A stretch of DNA of 45,324 nt from Xanthobacteraceae bacterium (GTDB lineage Bacteria > Pseudomonadota > Alphaproteobacteria > Rhizobiales > Xanthobacteraceae). The stretch is from positions 1-45,324 of the forward strand of contig DATJTL010000270.1 of the NCBI GenBank assembly GCA_035503415.1, read 5' to 3'. How positions within the stretch are numbered: position 1 is the stretch's first letter; each line of letters starts with the position of its first letter. The position numbers and the translations under genes were made by a program. Shown here piece after piece: positions 36,521 through 43,972 of the stretch. The notes below the pieces were generated by a model. It had not been told where the DNA came from, searched no databases, and saw nothing but the letters and a program-made list of their open reading frames with translations.

Positions 36521-36736
36521 ATGAGAAAATTCGCCGTTCTGTTCGCCTTTGCAGCATCACTCGCTCTCACCGGAGCTACGATGTGGAAGGCCGAAGCGGC
36601 GCCGGCGGCCGGCGCCGCCCCGGTTGCGGTCAGCGCCTGGACCATCAACAACATCATGCACGCGGCCTGCAGGGGTCGCGGCGCACATTGCCCGCACGGA
36701 TGGGTGTGGAACGGCCATCGTTGCCGTCCCTGCTGA
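36521..36736 (+). CDS. Small secreted cysteine-rich peptide (71 aa precursor, about 45 aa mature, 4 Cys)
   Basis: A GGGAGG RBS lies 6 nt upstream. Signal peptide MRKFAVLFAFAASLALTGATMWKAEA|AP. The C-terminus is ACRGRGAHCPHGWVWNGHRCRPC. GC3 bias is gene-like in the mature part. Confidence 0.6.
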   Translation: MRKFAVLFAFAASLALTGATMWKAEAAPAAGAAPVAVSAWTINNIMHAACRGRGAHCPHGWVWNGHRCRPC

Positions 36737-36769
36737 TCACAGCCTCTGCGGTCGATCTCGATCCGACGC

Positions 36770-36841
36770 TGATGCATCAGCAATCGATGATACGTCAGCA
36801 GTTTCTGATACGTGAGGAGTCTCTGATACGCGGGCAGTCCC
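36770..36841. repeat. Four tandem 18-nt repeats (TGATACGNNAGNAGTNNC) immediately downstream of the small peptide gene
   Basis: tgatgcatcagcaatcga (36770), tgatacgtcagcagtttc (36788), tgatacgtgaggagtctc (36806), tgatacgcgggcagtccc (36824). R1/R2 share 15/18 and R2/R3 share 14/18. Confidence 0.85.
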
Positions 36842-36874
36842 TGTCCGTCGGCTGAAACGCCGCCGGACAGGGAC
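36837..36874. terminator. Strong hairpin between convergent genes (possible bidirectional terminator, no U-tract)
   Basis: gtccctgtccg (36837-36847) pairs with cggacagggac (36864-36874). Inner cggc/gccg pairs extend the stem to about 15 bp around the loop tgaaac. It overlaps the end of the 18-nt repeat array. Confidence 0.45.
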
Positions 36875-36915
36875 CGAAGTTACGGGCAGCTTTGCGTGGC
36901 TACCCCGCGTGTGTA

Positions 36916-37818
36916 TTAGCCGTTCTGTTCGATGTGACTGCGCAGCTCGGTAATGGAACCAAAGCGCAGCATGCCACCCGGCAGCTGTGCTTCAATCGAG
37001 CCGTCGGCGTAGAGCGTATAGGCCATGCCCTCAACCACCCCGGATTTGAGGACAGAAGCGACGGCGGGTTGAGGCTGGCTCGTAAGCCGGACGGGCACCG
37101 TTGGCTCTCCGGTTTCCGCGCGCTGGAGAGCGGGTGCCGGCGCCGGCGCAACAACCGATGCGGCCGGCGTTGCTTTTAATTCGGGCGCTGGCCGCTGTGT
37201 CTTCGGCCAAAGCGAATCGAACACCGAAATTTTCTGTTGCTGCTGCGGCGGCGGACCTGCCGGACGGACGGCAACCGCGGGAGCCGCTTTGCCGTGCGCT
37301 ACGCCATTGGTTCGGACTGCGACCGCTGGGGCGATCTCGCGCTTATCCTCGGAACGAACCGGCGCCCCTGGCAATAGCGACACTTCGTTCTCTTCCACCA
37401 TGACAGCGCCCTCAGCACGCTCGGCGGCAGGCATATGGGTTTGTACCGGCGTGACACCTTCGACAGCAGCGCTACGCGCGGGCGGGGTCGGCTGCGGCCG
37501 CGGCGCCGCTTTCGGCTTAGGCGGAAATGGGATGCGCGAGGTTTCGACCGCTTGGCTTGGTGCGATGGCAGCGCCGAGCGTTTCGCCAGCGCGAACCGCG
37601 CGCAGCATCGGTCGAGCGATGAGCGCCTGCTCGACCCGCAACAGCGCGCGAACGACCATGGCGAGTCCGATCAGGAGAAGGCCGCCAATGATTGCAACCG
37701 TTCCCGGCGTAACGTTGCTGAGGTCGAACGTATGCTCTTGGATGGATATGCCAGACGCGACCAGCGCCAATCCCGCTGTCGCGATGACAGAACCCAAGAC
37801 TAGTAAAAACGCATACAT
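36916..37818 (-). CDS. Hypothetical membrane protein: two N-terminal TM helices, a Pro/Ala-rich linker and a small conserved-looking C-terminal domain
   Basis: MYAFLLVLGSVIATAGLALVASG.. and ..TVAIIGGLLLIGLAMVV TM helices, a P/A-rich low-complexity middle, and the C-terminus GVVEGMAYTLYADGSIEAQLPGGMLRFGSITELRSHIEQNG. I prefer the start at 37818 over 37836. Confidence 0.65.
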   Translation of the reverse strand: MYAFLLVLGSVIATAGLALVASGISIQEHTFDLSNVTPGTVAIIGGLLLIGLAMVVRALLRVEQALIARPMLRAVRAGETLGAAIAPSQAVETSRIPFPPKPKAAPRPQPTPPARSAAVEGVTPVQTHMPAAERAEGAVMVEENEVSLLPGAPVRSEDKREIAPAVAVRTNGVAHGKAAPAVAVRPAGPPPQQQQKISVFDSLWPKTQRPAPELKATPAASVVAPAPAPALQRAETGEPTVPVRLTSQPQPAVASVLKSGVVEGMAYTLYADGSIEAQLPGGMLRFGSITELRSHIEQNG

Positions 37819-38225
37819 ACAACTGTCCCCGGCCACCCAAAGGACGCAAGGCGGCCACTTTTTTGGCTATTTTGACCGTCCTGCAGGATTGGCGCAAGCG
37901 CAAAGATTGTAGCCAGCCGGACCGACCCTCCGGCGCGGGTCTTCAAAGCACTCGGAGTCGCCTCAGACTTTGACTTCCTTGGCGCGACCAGGGTCGCTAA
38001 TTTATTGCAGAATCATGACAATCCGCCCACCGGCAGACGCACAGCGAGACCTTTGAGCGCGCCCAAGCGGAGCCCAGTCAATGCAGGCCGATGATCCGAC
38101 CACCTGTGCCGGGACGTTGCCGAATCCCCTTCGATGGGCCTATTTAGGGGAACTATTCTCTCGTCCCCGCGGTTTCACCGCCACATCCCCCGCCCGGTTC
38201 GGCTTCACATTGAGGAGTTACGTCA

Positions 38226-38828
38226 ATGGCATTTACTCTGCCCGAGCTTCCCTATCCGTATGATGCGCTGGCCCCGTACATGTCGCGCGAGACCTTGGAA
38301 TTCCATCACGACAAGCATCACCAGGCCTACGTGACGACCGGAAACAATCTCGCCAAGGGAACAGAGTGGGAGAACAAGTCGGTTGAAGAGGTTTTGCAGG
38401 GCACGTTTGGCAAAACTCCCGGCCTCTTCAACAATGCCGCCCAGCATTACAACCACATTCACTTCTGGAAATGGATGAAGAAGGGCGGCGGCGGCGACAA
38501 GCTGCCCGGCAAACTTGAAAAGCAGCTCAGCTCCGATGTCGGCCCGCTGGCCAAGATCAAAGAGGACTTCGCCCAAGCCGGGGTGACCCAGTTCGGCTCC
38601 GGTTGGTGCTGGCTCGCCGTCAAGGACGGCAAGATCGTGGTCATGAAGACGCCGAACGGCGAAAATCCGCTTGTGCACGGCGCCAAACCGATCCTCGGCT
38701 GCGACGTATGGGAGCATTCTTACTACATCGACTATCGCAACCGCCGGCCGGACTATCTCAAAGCGTTTCTCGATAACCTGGTCAATTGGGACTACGTCGC
38801 CGAAATGTACGAAGCGGCGATGAAGTAG
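38226..38828 (+). CDS. sodB: Fe/Mn-family superoxide dismutase
   Basis: MAFTLPELPYPYDALAPYMSRETLEFHHDKHHQAYV.. and ..DVWEHSYYIDYRNRRPDYL metal-ligand motifs. GAGGAG RBS. Confidence 0.95.
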   Translation: MAFTLPELPYPYDALAPYMSRETLEFHHDKHHQAYVTTGNNLAKGTEWENKSVEEVLQGTFGKTPGLFNNAAQHYNHIHFWKWMKKGGGGDKLPGKLEKQLSSDVGPLAKIKEDFAQAGVTQFGSGWCWLAVKDGKIVVMKTPNGENPLVHGAKPILGCDVWEHSYYIDYRNRRPDYLKAFLDNLVNWDYVAEMYEAAMK

Positions 38829-38855
38829 CCGAGGCGCTGGCGATGCGCGCAACGA

Positions 38856-38877
38856 GCGGGGCCATCGGCCCCGCTTT
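38856..38877 (+). terminator. Rho-independent-type terminator after sodB
   Basis: gcggggcc-atc-ggccccgc stem-loop followed by TTT, about 28 nt after the sodB stop. Confidence 0.55.
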
Positions 38878-38982
38878 CCGTCTGGCGCGCCGCCCAAGTC
38901 CGCCGTTTTGACACATTGCCATTCTCAGAAATGCCGGCCATGTGTGGAGGCTCCATGAGCCGAGCCTAGCGCAAGACACAGG

Positions 38983-40650
38983 TTGAGAGCCGGGACGATT
39001 GTGCTGCAATCGACAGTGAAGCCAATTACGCTGCGCTGGGGCACCGTCGATGTCGCGCGGTGGATCGATACGCTTGCGATCATCGTGCTGGCGGTGGTCG
39101 CAGCGATCGCGGTGGCGACTTTTCGCGACTACGGCCTTGGCTGGGACGATTACACGCAATCCCAGTATGGCCAGCTCCTTGTCTCGCTCTATTCGTCGGC
39201 GTTCACCGACAAGCGCGCGCTCTCATTCGTCAATCTCTACATGTACGGCGGCGGCTTCGACATCCTGGCCACGCTCGCCGCAAAGGTCCTTCCCTTCGGC
39301 CTGTTCGAGACGCGCCGGCTCGTCGGCGCGGCCGTCGGCATCATCGGACTGTTCGTTACCTGGCGGCTGACCCGCCGGCTCGGCGGTCCGCGCGCCGGCC
39401 TGATCGCGCTGATCCTGCTCGCCGTCTGCCCGCTCTACTACGGGAACATGTTCATCAACTGCAAGGATGCCCCGTTCGCCACCGCAATGCTGATCGCGCT
39501 CTACGGGATCGTGCGCGCGTTCGAGGAATACCCGCGGGCAAGTCCGGCGACGATCGCGCTCTGCGGCATCGGCGTTGGCCTCGCGATCGGTGAGCGTGTG
39601 CTTGGCGGCTTCGCTGTGTTGGACGCCTTTCTGCCGCTTCTGCTTATTTTTGCCATCCGCGCGCGCGCGGCCGGGATAAGGCCGGCAGCCAGCGAATGCG
39701 GCTGGTTCCTCGTTCCATTCGTTCCGGCCGCAATCCTTGCCACTCTCGTTATGGGACTCATTTGGCCGTGGAGCGTGACCGCGCCGCTTAATCTGTTTCA
39801 CGCCTTGAGGTATTTTTCCCAAGACTTCGAAAAACCGTGGCGGGAGCTGTTCGACGGTCAACTGATCGAGATCATCGCCATGCCGCGCAGCTATGCGCCG
39901 ACGCTTCTGGCGGTGCAGTTGCCGGAGCTTATGCTCGCTCTCGGCATCGGCGGGATTGTCGGCGCCATCATCGCCACCGTCCGCAGCAGCAACGCCATCG
40001 GCCGCCGCGCAGCCTTGCTGGCGATCGTGCTCGCCGCGACGCTGCCGGTTTTGATGACGATCGTCATCCGGCCCTACATCTACAATGGCGTCCGTCACCT
40101 TCTGTTCATAGTGCCGCCGCTTGCCATACTCGGTGGATTGGCAGGCGGATGGATCGCGCCCCGTCTCGCAGAGTGGAGCCGCGTGGCGGCGGCGACGGCC
40201 GCTATCCTCTTTGTCGCGGGCATTGCCTCGCCGGTCGTCGACATGGTGCGGCTGCATCCCTACGAATATACGGATTTCAACCATATCGTCGGCGGCGTCA
40301 GCGGCGCGCGTCCGCTGTTCATGCTCGACTTCTGGGGGCTTTCGTTAAAGCAGGCCTCGCAGCATCTAATCGCCTATATCGCCAGTCACAACGAGAAGCC
40401 GGGCAACGGCAAATGGCGGGTTGCGGTGTGCGGACCGCATCCGCCGGTCAGCGTCGCGCTCGGCCCAGATTTTGATATCAGCTGGGATCCCAAGGGCGCC
40501 GACTTCGCCATGCAGCTCGGCGAATTCTACTGCGCCAAGCTCGATGCACCCCTGCTCTTTCAGATCGTGCGCGACGGCGTCGTTTACGCGCGCGTTTACG
40601 ACCTCCGCGGCCGTTCGATCCAGACGCTGCTGACCGTGCCCGGGATTTGA
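38983..40650 (+). CDS. Polytopic membrane glycosyltransferase, GT39/ArnT-like (PMT_2-type) family
   Basis: About 555 aa with 10 or more TM helices, an early periplasmic-loop acidic motif (YGLGWDDY) and a soluble C-terminal domain. The start codon is uncertain: TTG 38983, with GTG alternatives at 39001 and later. Confidence 0.75.
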   Translation: MRAGTIVLQSTVKPITLRWGTVDVARWIDTLAIIVLAVVAAIAVATFRDYGLGWDDYTQSQYGQLLVSLYSSAFTDKRALSFVNLYMYGGGFDILATLAAKVLPFGLFETRRLVGAAVGIIGLFVTWRLTRRLGGPRAGLIALILLAVCPLYYGNMFINCKDAPFATAMLIALYGIVRAFEEYPRASPATIALCGIGVGLAIGERVLGGFAVLDAFLPLLLIFAIRARAAGIRPAASECGWFLVPFVPAAILATLVMGLIWPWSVTAPLNLFHALRYFSQDFEKPWRELFDGQLIEIIAMPRSYAPTLLAVQLPELMLALGIGGIVGAIIATVRSSNAIGRRAALLAIVLAATLPVLMTIVIRPYIYNGVRHLLFIVPPLAILGGLAGGWIAPRLAEWSRVAAATAAILFVAGIASPVVDMVRLHPYEYTDFNHIVGGVSGARPLFMLDFWGLSLKQASQHLIAYIASHNEKPGNGKWRVAVCGPHPPVSVALGPDFDISWDPKGADFAMQLGEFYCAKLDAPLLFQIVRDGVVYARVYDLRGRSIQTLLTVPGI

Positions 40651-40661
40651 GGTAAATACGA

Positions 40662-41534
40662 TCAGCCGTTGGTCGCGTGCGCGTATGCCCAGTAGAGTTC
40701 GCGCGCCTTGCGATAGAACGGGCCCGGCTGCAACGGTCGCTCGTCGATACGGGCGACCGGCGAAACCTTGCTGTAATTGCCGGTGGAGAATATCTCGTCC
40801 GCCGTCTCAAAATCGCCGTAACGCAGCGTCTTCTCGACCACCGTAGTGCCGGCTTGCCGCAACAGTGCGATCACCCGCGTGCGCGTGATGCCGGCGAGGA
40901 ACGTCCCGTTGGCGATCGGCGTGAACACCACCCCGTCCTTCGCCATGAAAATGTTCGCGGTGGCGAGCTCGGCGACATTGCCGAGTGCGTCGCAGGAAAG
41001 ACAATTGTCGAAGCCGCGCGCGCGTGCCTCGATCAGCGCGCGCGCGTTGTTCGGGTACAGGCAGCCCGCCTTGGCCTCGACCAGCGCGCTGTCGGGCGTC
41101 GGACGGCGGAACGGCGAGAGCGTAATCGCGGTTCCTGTGGGTTTCGGCATCGGCACGACGTAGAGGGTCAAGCACCAGCGTGTGGTCTCCGGATCCGGCC
41201 GCACGGCGCCGCTGGCGGCATCCTCGGCCCAGTACATCGGCCGGATGTAAAGCTCAGCATCGCGCTCGAAACGCTTGCGGCCCTCGTGAACGAGCGCCAG
41301 CCAGGTATCGGTCGGCACGACCGGCTTGAGGCCCATCGCCGTGGCGGATGCGTTGACCCGCGCGCAATGCAAATCGAGATCGGGCGCCACGCCCTCGAAG
41401 GCACGGGCGCCGTCGAATACCGAGGTGCCTAGCCAGGCCGCGTGCGTGCGCGGGCCCATGATCGGCACGTTACCCTCGTGCCAATCGCCCTCGAAGAATG
41501 TCAGGGTTTTCGACCAGGCAACGGCCTTGCCCAT
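40662..41534 (-). CDS. Class IV aminotransferase (branched-chain amino acid aminotransferase-like)
   Basis: MGKAVAWSKTLTFFEGDWHEGN.. start at 41534. The sequence has fold-type IV features (..ELYIRPM.., ..GCLYPNNARAL.., ..GTFLAGITR..). Confidence 0.85.
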   Translation of the reverse strand: MGKAVAWSKTLTFFEGDWHEGNVPIMGPRTHAAWLGTSVFDGARAFEGVAPDLDLHCARVNASATAMGLKPVVPTDTWLALVHEGRKRFERDAELYIRPMYWAEDAASGAVRPDPETTRWCLTLYVVPMPKPTGTAITLSPFRRPTPDSALVEAKAGCLYPNNARALIEARARGFDNCLSCDALGNVAELATANIFMAKDGVVFTPIANGTFLAGITRTRVIALLRQAGTTVVEKTLRYGDFETADEIFSTGNYSKVSPVARIDERPLQPGPFYRKARELYWAYAHATNG

Positions 41535-41606
41535 GACAATGTCCTTCCGCGGGCTCGCAATGTGGCGCAATGTTGTTCGCCAAGCTTAACGACCGGAGAT
41601 CGGAAA

Positions 41607-42281
41607 ATGATTAACGCCACGGCGGACGCCTATGTGTTCGATGCCTACGGCACGTTATTCGACGTTCATGCAGCGATCGGGAGGTACCGTGAGCAGGCCG
41701 GTCCCGAGGCCGAGCGTTTCTCCGAAATCTGGCGCACAAAGCAGCTCGAATATACCTGGACGATGACGCTTGCCGGCCACTACGTCGATTTCTGGACGTT
41801 GACCGAGCGCGCGCTCGATTACGCTTTCGCCCGCATAGGCTCGGTCGATCGCACGCTGCGGCCAAAGCTGCTCGAAGCCTATCTGAACCTTGATGCCTTT
41901 GCCGACGCCCGCAGTGCGCTTGGCGCGTTGAAAGCGCGCGGGCTCCGGCTCGCCATTCTCTCCAATGGCTCCCCGCCCATGCTCGATTCCGCGGTAGCGG
42001 CATCGGGAATCGGTGGACTTCTTGATGCGGTGCTGTCGGTCGATGCGGTGCGCGTCTACAAGCCGCGGCCGGAGGTCTATGCGCTCGTCACCAAGCGATT
42101 TGCCATAGCGGCGGAACGCGTCGTGTTCGTCTCGTCGAACCGCTGGGACATCATGGGAGCGGTCGCGTTCGGTTTTCGCGCGGTCTGGGTCAACCGCGCG
42201 CGCATGCCCGACGAATATTTCGAGCATGCGCCTATGCAGGTCGTGAGCGAACTTTCCGCCCTGCCCCAACTGGCCCACTGA
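41607..42281 (+). CDS. Haloacid dehalogenase, type II (HAD superfamily)
   Basis: The ATG at 41607 gives MINATADAYVFDAYGTLFDV (nucleophile Asp motif), ..SNG.. and ..FVSSNRWDIMGA.. typical of L-2-haloacid dehalogenases. The track ORF start at 41442 overlaps the divergent gene. Confidence 0.85.
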   Translation: MINATADAYVFDAYGTLFDVHAAIGRYREQAGPEAERFSEIWRTKQLEYTWTMTLAGHYVDFWTLTERALDYAFARIGSVDRTLRPKLLEAYLNLDAFADARSALGALKARGLRLAILSNGSPPMLDSAVAASGIGGLLDAVLSVDAVRVYKPRPEVYALVTKRFAIAAERVVFVSSNRWDIMGAVAFGFRAVWVNRARMPDEYFEHAPMQVVSELSALPQLAH

Positions 42282-42308
42282 GCGCGTCTGCCGCAAACCG
42301 CTGCAGCG

Positions 42309-42554
42309 CTAGGCGGCATCGCCGCGAGCCTCGTTTGACTCCGGGTGATTGAGAGCCGCGACGATCTGCTGCTTCGTCAGCCGTGTGCCGTCGTCGCCCT
42401 CGATCAAGAGCGTGACGCGGCCGCTGCTGTTGACGTGGCGCGCCCAGCCCATCGCCTCGTCGAGAAGGGTGAACTCCTTGAACAGCTGGCGATCCTTCTC
42501 CGCCGGGGAAACGGATTGGGAGCCACGTGGGCCAGAGTAGACGCGATAAGTCAT
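42309..42554 (-). CDS. Small hypothetical protein (81 aa)
   Basis: An ORF with gene-like codon bias and a plausible globular sequence (MTYRVYSGPRGS..FTLLDEAMGWARHVNSSGRVTLLIEGDDGTRLTKQQIVAAL). No family recognised. Confidence 0.5.
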   Translation of the reverse strand: MTYRVYSGPRGSQSVSPAEKDRQLFKEFTLLDEAMGWARHVNSSGRVTLLIEGDDGTRLTKQQIVAALNHPESNEARGDAA

Positions 42555-42697
42555 GGCCGTATCTCCTGATAACGCGAGCGGTCATCATCAACGCGCAGCA
42601 GCCGACAGGGTTTCATCGTCGATTTGGCGTCGCGTTGACGCGGCCGAAACCGCATCGTTAGGATTGCACATAAAATCGAAAAGCGAGGGAGGAATTC

Positions 42698-43399
42698 GTG
42701 CGCATCGCTTCATGCATGGCGCTCATCGTGGCGTTGATGGCGCTCACGTTCGCGCGATCAGCTCATGCGCTCGGCGGCGCCGTTTATGTCGCCACCTATG
42801 TCGAGGCGATGCCAAACTCGGTCGCGTCCGCCGACGCCCTGCTTCGGCGTTACCGCAATGCAAGTCGCACAGAAGACGGTAATTTGCGCTTCGAGGTGTT
42901 GGCCGAAATCGCGCGGCCCAACCGCTTTGTCATCATCGAAGCCTGGAAGGACAAAGCGGCGTTCGCAGCGCACACGCAATCGGCCGGCGCTGCGCAGTTC
43001 CGCGAAAATCTCGAGCCGATTCAGGATGCGCCGCCGGACGTGCGCATCGACAATGCCCTCTATCTGGCACGAGGAGAAAGCGAGGGCAAAGCTGGCGCGG
43101 TATATGCCGGCGCGGTATATGTGGTGACACATATCGACGTCATTCCACCTGGTACGCAGGCCTGCATAGCAGCGCTGCAAGCGATGAGCGTCGACACGGC
43201 CAAGGACCCCGGCAACATTGAATACGAAGTCCTACAGCAGGCCGACCACGCCAATCATTTTACCGTCGTTGAGGAATGGACGGATCGAGCGGCCGTCGAC
43301 GCTCACGCCATGGCGGCGCATACCCGCGCCTTTCGTGAAAAGCTCATCCCGATCCGCGGCGCGCTTTACGACGAACGCCTCTACAGCACGCTCGACTGA
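42698..43399 (+). CDS. Secreted protein with two ABM (antibiotic biosynthesis monooxygenase-like) domains
   Basis: GTG start, GAGGGAGG RBS, signal peptide MRIASCMALIVALMALTFARSAHA. Two repeats show the ABM pattern (..FVIIEAWKDKAAFAAHTQS.. and ..FTVVEEWTDRAAVDAHAMA..). Confidence 0.75.
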   Translation: MRIASCMALIVALMALTFARSAHALGGAVYVATYVEAMPNSVASADALLRRYRNASRTEDGNLRFEVLAEIARPNRFVIIEAWKDKAAFAAHTQSAGAAQFRENLEPIQDAPPDVRIDNALYLARGESEGKAGAVYAGAVYVVTHIDVIPPGTQACIAALQAMSVDTAKDPGNIEYEVLQQADHANHFTVVEEWTDRAAVDAHAMAAHTRAFREKLIPIRGALYDERLYSTLD

Positions 43400-43431
43400 T
43401 CAACCGTTCAGTCGGCTCGCGGTCGCGGCGA

Positions 43432-43908
43432 TCACTTCACCGGCTCGAAGACCTGGTCGCTGTAGGGAAGCAATGTCGGCCGCTTGATCACGATGAAGGC
43501 GTGATCCAGCAGGTGGTGGCACGAATTGCAGCCGGCGCTGAGGCCATCGAAGGCTGCCGGAAAAGCCGCGCGGTTTTTGTCGTCGACGACTTTCTGCAGA
43601 TCCTTGAGCGGAGCGCCGACCATCTTGTCGACGGTGCCCCCGCCAAGGAGCTTGTCGACATCATCAAAACCTTCGTTCAACTCGCCGATCTCGTAATTGG
43701 CCAGCGCCCAATTGCCGGCGTTGCCGGCGAACCAGAGTTTCATGTGGCGTAGTTGCTGCAGCGTCATGATCTCGCCGAGGCCGGGCACGTCCGCCGGATT
43801 GGCCGCCGGCGCAGGCGAAGAAGTTTTCTGCGCGCTGGCGGCCGGCGCTGCGAGACTAAGCGCGGTTAGACCAAATGCTGTGATCAGCGCTGCAATCGAT
43901 GGCTTCAT
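43432..43908 (-). CDS. Class II c-type cytochrome candidate (cytochrome c'/c-556-like four-helix type)
   Basis: Signal peptide MKPSIAALITAFGLTALSLAAPAASA and a single CXXCH (CNSCH) near the C-terminus, as in class II cytochromes c. I prefer the ATG at 43908 (GGAG RBS). Confidence 0.7.
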   Translation of the reverse strand: MKPSIAALITAFGLTALSLAAPAASAQKTSSPAPAANPADVPGLGEIMTLQQLRHMKLWFAGNAGNWALANYEIGELNEGFDDVDKLLGGGTVDKMVGAPLKDLQKVVDDKNRAAFPAAFDGLSAGCNSCHHLLDHAFIVIKRPTLLPYSDQVFEPVK

Positions 43909-43972
43909 GGACTTCGCTCCATTCATGCGAGCCGGTGATCTACCCGAATCGCCAACTCGCCACCCGCGCAAA

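Noticed and set aside
36734-36826. Reading the five in-frame TGAs as selenocysteine or another recoding event that extends the small peptide
   Set aside because: Bacterial Sec insertion needs a SECIS hairpin just downstream of each UGA, and 18-nt spacing leaves no room for that. The read-through product (..UYVSSFUYVRSLUYAGSP..) has no recognisable character. Shared phasing with the ORF has a 1-in-3 chance expectation once the repeats have an 18-nt period. I kept it only as an observation within the repeat finding.
34458-36841. Possibility that the tandem arrays are CRISPR arrays
   Set aside because: The units are 13-18 bp and directly abutting, with no unique spacers and no repeat palindromicity typical of CRISPR. 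No cas genes are present in the window.
36549-36855. ORFs 36549-36815(+) and 36583-36855(+), which overlap the small peptide gene in other frames
   Set aside because: Their 5' halves are out-of-frame reads of the peptide gene with no RBS. Only their 3' halves are interesting, because they translate the 18-nt repeats, and that is covered as a finding. They are not supported as independent genes.
38005-38023. Fur/iron-box-like sequence ttgcagaatcatgacaatc upstream of sodB
   Set aside because: Only about 7 of 11 positions match the core of the classical Fur box. Rhizobial iron regulators (Irr, RirA, Mur) use different motifs that I could not match. The support is too weak.
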